A stretch of DNA of 64,000 nucleotides from Phyllobates terribilis. Taxonomy: Eukaryota. How positions within the stretch are numbered: position 1 is the stretch's first letter; each line of letters begins with the position of its first letter. The position numbers were made by a program, and so were the translations under genes. Positions 58,337-64,000 of the stretch are shown one piece after another. The notes under the pieces were generated by a model. That model was not told the DNA's origin. It saw only the letters and a list, made by a program, of their open reading frames with translations, and made no database searches. Location: positions 580,878,001 to 580,942,000 of the forward strand of contig NW_027362771.1 of assembly GCF_046119375.1 (NCBI RefSeq). The letters are read 5' to 3'.

Positions 58337-61300
58337 CTTTTTAGTTGTCTGTCCCTGAAGCCCATGACAAAAGGAGGAATAATGGAGGTGACCGAGCAGA
58401 ATGGCACCATTGTTCTGTAACAGAAGCCAAGGGAAAGAAGTCTTGCAGCTTTCTTCCTTGTATATCCTCCTGCCATCTGTGCCCGTGGCTGGACATTTCA
58501 CGCTGCCATACTCATAGTGATGATTTATCTATAGTGCCAGGGATTATTAACCCCCCATACCCACCGCCTGCTCTCCGTCCACTGCATCGGTCAATTCTGG
58601 GTTTCTCTTTAAATATTCTGACCATCATTTGCCATTTCTCAAAGTCACTTTTTTTTCTTATTTTTTTGTCTTGTGGTATTCACCAACTTTGTTTTGGGCC
58701 AAAGTTTTCAAAATGGCGCACAAGCTTCATGAATTTGGTAGAAAATCAAATCTACTTTTTGTTTTTGTCTTTATCTGTTTTTTTGAGACTTTTCTTCACC
58801 AGAAGTTGAAACGTCCTTTAAAAAAATAAAATAAAATAAAACTCCTTCAGAAAGTTACTCCGGGCAGGGACAGGAGTGAGGTGCGCCCCCGAAAAATGTG
58901 ACCTCTGGTAAAAGTCGCATTTCACGACTCAAGTCTAAAACATCTGTATAAGCAAAAGAAATAAGAAAAAGAATAGAGACAGCGTAAAAAGTGGCGCAAA
59001 TAAAAATCGCTAAAAAACAGCAAATTATTGCAGAAAAGTGGAGAAATTGCAATGACGAATCGGGGCCGTGATCTTGTAGGTAGGGGGTGCCACAGTCAGC
59101 TTGTTCCCTACTCTGGCTGATTACCTGGGGAGGAGGAGTGAATCTGCACCAGGCGCAGTGCAGCGTGGGGTGCTGCTCATCCCATCAGCAGGGGAAGCAC
59201 TGTGTAGGTAAAGCTAAGGACAGTAGCCCTTGTGTCACTGCACATGTGCCAACTCCTTCATCATGTGCTGGTCGATTAGTGGACACAGACTAAAAGACAG
59301 ACCCCATATTTTTGAAGGGGTGGGGGGGGCAACAGTTGGAGGTCATGGTTGCATCTGCTTGAGGTGGGGCAGCAGCGGACGCCATGATTGCATGGGTTTG
59401 GAGCAGGGCAGCAGTTGAGTCCATGGTAGCATCAGCCTGGGGGGGGGGGTGTCGGAGGTCAAAGGTTTCATCAACTTGGAAGGGGGGGGGGCAGTGGCCT
59501 GGAGAGGAGCAGCGTCGGAGGTCGGTAGTTGTATCGGGCGAGGGTGAGCGCGGCGTCTGAAGCCAATGGTTGCGTTGGCCTGCAGGAGGGCGGAGGCCAA
59601 TGGTTGCATCAGCTTGGAGGGGGTCGCAGCGACGGAGGCCAACGGTTCCATCGGCCAAGGGTGGGGGTGACTGTGGCAGAGGCCAACAGTTGCGTCGGCC
59701 TGGAGAGAGGTGTGGAGGCCAATGGTTTGGGCGGCGGTGGCCAGCGGTTACATTGGCCTGGAGGCGCGCAGCGTCAGAGGTCAGCGGTTACATCGGCCTG
59801 GAGGAGGGCAGAGCGGCGGTGGCCAATGGTTGCCGCAGCCTGGAGAGGGAGGGCTGGTAGTGGCAGACCGGGCCGCCGCTGTTTGTGGAGCCGCCTCTCG
59901 CCGCTGTGTCTTCTCCATGGCACAGATAAAAATCCTTCAATAATTAATGCCTTTTCTTTTGAAGCTTCTTTTCTGCTTTTTTTTCCTTCTCTCCCTTGTG
60001 CTTTTCCCCTTCATCCGGGTAAGCAGCGTCTTGTTCTAGAAACGCCTCGTGCTTTCTCCTTGAGAAGAACAGATTGTGTTTTATCTTTCTCCTCCATCCT
60101 AATTTAATTTATTTTGTGCCGTACCTGGACGTCGCCAGCCCGGCCTTGTAATTAACACGAGCAAGACATCAAAGTGCAAGTAATTTCCCGCTACAATCAG
60201 ACGGGCGTTAATCAGATTCTTTGCTTTAATTAAATCTCCCAGTGCCATATAAAAGGAGCTGCCAGGAAGCGCCGGCCGCCCCCTCCCGCCCCATGCCATA
60301 AATCGCAGCATTACTGTCGGAGAGCGGATGGCGGCGAGCTCCTACGACGCGTTCTCCTATGTTTAGTCAGTGACGGTCGGTGGCGTGGGCGGCTGCGAGT
60401 AACCTGACAGCTCCATTTTCATTTTCTGCCTCCAGCCAGGAGCTGCTTGATCATTTTTCATTTTTTCCTGTTCTTGATTAATTTGCCACCTCTGCATTGT
60501 GCATGCGGCGGGGATCCGTGCGGCTTTTCTAGATGGCGGTAATGCTGGCGATCTGTAATGAAAGCAAGTGAGGAAGACTCCTAGTCAGGAGGACCGTGCC
60601 CAGGGGCATCGATGGGTTTGTCCATTAAAGTAGAATGCCACCTTATCAACGCAATGAGTTTACATTAGAGGTTTCGAATCTGCCGCTCAGATCACATTCA
60701 CTTTTATAGGAGCTGAGCTGCAGTACCGAGAATGGCCACTACACGGTGTACAGAGTGGCGGCGTTCTGTTCCGGTACACAGTGTACATCCGGCTGCCGAG
60801 GGTTGGACCTCCACCGATCTGATATTGACGACCTATCCTAAGGACAGGTCTTCATTATCCCCTTTAATTGAACATTTGATTCTCGTGAAGACCTTTTGAG
60901 CCATTGTGAGCCCAAGACTGTACAGTTTCCAGGAGGCAGGTAGCCAACACTGCTTGGAAAGTGGCTTGAAGTGAGACAACCCCTTTATTGGCCCAGCGGG
61001 GAGGGTATACTGCACAATATCTGCTACTCTTTGGACGGCAATTATCTAGTTAAACCTTTTTAAAAAGTAGGACAAGAAAGGAAGAAAGTACAACTCCAGG
61101 ATCTGACTACACAGGGTCTGCTCGTAGTCTGTTACCATGGAGACTCATAGGTCTCTATGGAAGCTGTAGATGTAGGGAATGAGTGATCTAGTGATCTCTG
61201 CTGATGTTCTCCCTCTAGATCAGGGGTCTCACCCTTGCTGCCTAGGGCCACATATAGCCCCTGAAGCTGTCCCCTGCGGGTCATTGGAGCTCCCGAGATA

Positions 61301-62854
61301 TCCTCAAAGCAGAGAACAGGCCGAAGGAGGAGCGCACCTTAATGATCACGCCAGAGCGGAGGCCGCTTCCGTGCTGGTGGTAAATGAATATGAAGAGGAG
61401 GATTTAAACATATTTTTTTAACCCCTTCCTGACATCCGTCATACGTTTACGGTGTAGTGAGAGGTAGTGTCCCGCAAACCGCCATACGTATATGGAACTA
61501 TGATGGCACCGGCTCAACAGTACAGCCGGCACCATCATCAGCCGTATTTCATAGCTGACACCCTGCTGCAACGGCCACGAGCAGTATTGGCACCGATCGC
61601 GGGCATTTAACCCCCTTAGATATCGCTGTCAGTAGTGGCTGCGGTATATAAGGGGTTTATTTGAGGGAGTGGTTTCCCTCTTTAAAGGGGTTATCCACTA
61701 CTAGGACAGTCCCTTCTCAATCTGAATGTTCCCAGTTAAAATAAAACACCTACGCTGGCGCCATTCCAGCTAGTGCCACTAAATGCCAGGGCAACCCAAG
61801 GCTAAGTAATGGCTTTCAGGTCAGCCAGTGGCAGGGTCTAACAGGTGAAAGTCAGTGTAAAACCGACAGTTCTAATAAACTAGCAGATATTAGATCAGCA
61901 ATTGGGAAAAGATAAAGTCCCGTATTATGACTTAGTTGAGCAAAAAAAAAAATGTAAAAATATTTCAGCACTATGTCTGGACTCTTCCAAAATGTCCTGA
62001 GATATAAAACTGTGCCATGACCCATACGATGAACGCCATGTAAAAAAAAAAAAAAAAAAGCAAACATTTTCCTTTTTCATTACACAAAAAAATAGCATAA
62101 AAAGGTGATCAAAAAGTCATATATAAAAAAAAAAAAAAGGTATCCGTGAAAACGTCATCTTGTCTCACGAAGAACATGAACTTAAAACTTTTATTTCTCT
62201 GAGTTGATCCGGCCGGGTGTGAGACCCCTGGTCTAGACTAAGTACATTTGGGGCGCCCTCTACAGGTCACTCCTTTATCGGTTCCCCACGTCCTTCTGTT
62301 CGGTCCGTAGAGACTGTTATGCATGCAGCCGCCCGTCAGACGGAGGAGGCTGTCGTTGCCCTCCATTGATTTTGTTCGCTCGGGCTGAAGCTGCAGTCGA
62401 CGTCCCTTGGAGTAAGGTCAATTATTTCTGAATTACACCAGGAATCCTGACGGTGCGGATAGTAAGGGCACCCTGGCTGCGGCGGCGGCTGCTGGAGAGC
62501 TCGCGTCTCATACTAAATCATCCTCGCTTTGCGGCATGGTCCTCCCAGCTCTCCGTATTCCAAGACATGATGGGGTATGTGTGGTATTGGGGGACTACAA
62601 GAAAAGTGGACCTTAAACTTTTTTTAAAGGGCCGCTGACAAATGAGAGCTGGTGTGGACTTAGCCAGGGGATGGCAGGCTGTGTATCGCCTGGTCCTTAC
62701 AGTATGAGTCTCCCATGTTTTATGTGCCTATTAGATTTGATTTTGCTTCCTGAATGGTGATTTGCTTTATGGTAAATGCTGCAAATTATAAAGAACTAAT
62801 GTCGTCCTCTTCTCTCTCACAGATAAACATTGATTGAGCCTCTTCACTGACGCA

Positions 62855-63061
62855 ATGTCCACCCCAGATCCGCCTATGGGCGGCACCCCTAGGCCTGTCC
62901 AGTCCCCAGGGCCGGGCCCTTCTCCTGGTGCTATGATGGGTCCTAGTCCTGGGCCATCTCCTGGATCAGCGCACAGCATGATGGGACCGAGCCCCGGGCC
63001 ACCAATTCCCTCTCAAGGCCCTAGTGGATATCCTCCTGAAAACATGCACCAGATGCATAAG
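62855..63061 (+). CDS. SMARCA4: SMARCA4 (BRG1) first coding exon; acceptor at 62822/62823
   Basis: [69 protein letters not shown]|gt; matches BRG1 (MSTPDPPLGG) rather than BRM (MSTPTDPG), consistent with synteny. Confidence 0.96.
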
Positions 63062-63397
63062 GTTGGTCTTTTCTGTGTGGGACTTCGTTCCATCACTGCC
63101 CCACAACCTAAAGATTTAGGAGTCCATGGCCGCCCAGAGAAAAAAATGTTTCTTGCCCTTCAGAGCTTGATTATTTACACCATTAATCACTGATTTTTAG
63201 TGGAGCCTAAAGCTGCACCCCTGCCAGCAAATCATCGCCACGGAATGACTAAAAAATTACTGGGCTTGTCCATTTTAGGATACCAAAAAATGGAAAAAAT
63301 TAGACACTTTCCTCCCTCTCCGCAGTTCGTACGAAGGTTGCCCTGCTCTACTTGCATTATATCGACCCAATAATACACCTTCCTTTTCTTATTGCAG

Positions 63398-63530
63398 CCC
63401 ATGGAGTCCATGCATGAGAAGCCTATGCCGGAAGACCCACGTTATACCCAGATGAAAGGAATGGCCATGCGGCCAGGTGGCCTTTCTGGAATGGGGCCAC
63501 CACCAAGTCCGATGGACCAACACTCACAAG
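63398..63530 (+). CDS. SMARCA4: SMARCA4 second coding exon
   Basis: 133 nt; [44 protein letters not shown](G). Confidence 0.96.
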
Positions 63531-63693
63531 GTATATATCGTACCGATGGATCCACCTTCCAATGTTCACCCAGGTAGTCCTGCTCATCCCCCCGATATCA
63601 CGGCTTTAGTTACTTACTGACATTGAGGATTGCGCTGCACGTCTCTCTCTTATGAGAATGGTATATAACGGTCTATTTTTCCCCTTCCCACAG

Positions 63694-64000
63694 GTTACCC
63701 CTCTCCCCTGGGCAGCTCTGAGCATATACCAAGCCCTGTGCCCTCTAATGGCCCATCCTCCGGACCCCAAATGCCTTCAGGCTCAGGAGGGGTGAATATG
63801 GAGAATGCGGACTCTCAGCAGCAGCAGCCTCCGCAGCAGCAGCCTCCTCAGCAGCAGCAGACGAGCCGCAGCCCGACGCCTTTCAACCAGAATCAGCTCC
63901 ATCAGTTACGAGCGCAGATAATGGCTTATAAAATGCTAGCCAGGGGGCAACCAATACCCGATCAACTACAGATGGCTGTGCAAGGCAAGAGGCCCATGCC
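63694..64000 (+). CDS. SMARCA4: SMARCA4 third coding exon (partial, QLQ domain), runs off the window
   Basis: cag|GT TAC; [10 protein letters not shown]...[43 protein letters not shown]. Confidence 0.96.

Noticed and set aside
62855-64000. Assignment to SMARCA2 because of the polyQ-like tract
   Set aside because: The N-terminus ([10 protein letters not shown]), the QLQ sequence and the CARM1-YIPF2-TIMM29 synteny all indicate SMARCA4.

Overview
Vertebrate genomic DNA, most likely from a frog; this is inferred from the T2/Kolobok, Harbinger and Tc1 repeat landscape and is not proven. The window holds a block syntenic with human 19p13.2. In order: the last three coding exons of CARM1 (+), the complete YIPF2 CDS (-, 8 coding exons, 299 aa), TIMM29 (+, 2 exons, 235 aa, head-to-head with YIPF2) and the first three coding exons of SMARCA4/BRG1 (+). 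Between TIMM29 and SMARCA4 lies a 4-coding-exon, 198-aa Tctex-1 (DYNLT-family) gene that I do not know from the human locus. Introns and intergenic DNA are packed with nested transposons (several Tc1, a chromodomain Gypsy with a 5-bp TSD, a hAT with an 8-bp TSD, Kolobok/T2 and Harbinger MITEs, a Penelope-like fragment) and about ten minisatellites, which explain most long ORFs in the ORF track. Best leads: (1) an apparently intact DD35E/Traveler Tc1-like transposon with a full 338-aa ORF; (2) the extra Tctex-1 gene bracketed by convergent CTCF motifs; (3) a hammerhead-ribozyme core in the Penelope-like fragment; (4) a Q/P tract inserted just before the SMARCA4 QLQ domain. Exon boundaries were read by hand from GT/AG sites and frame continuity; no database search was run.
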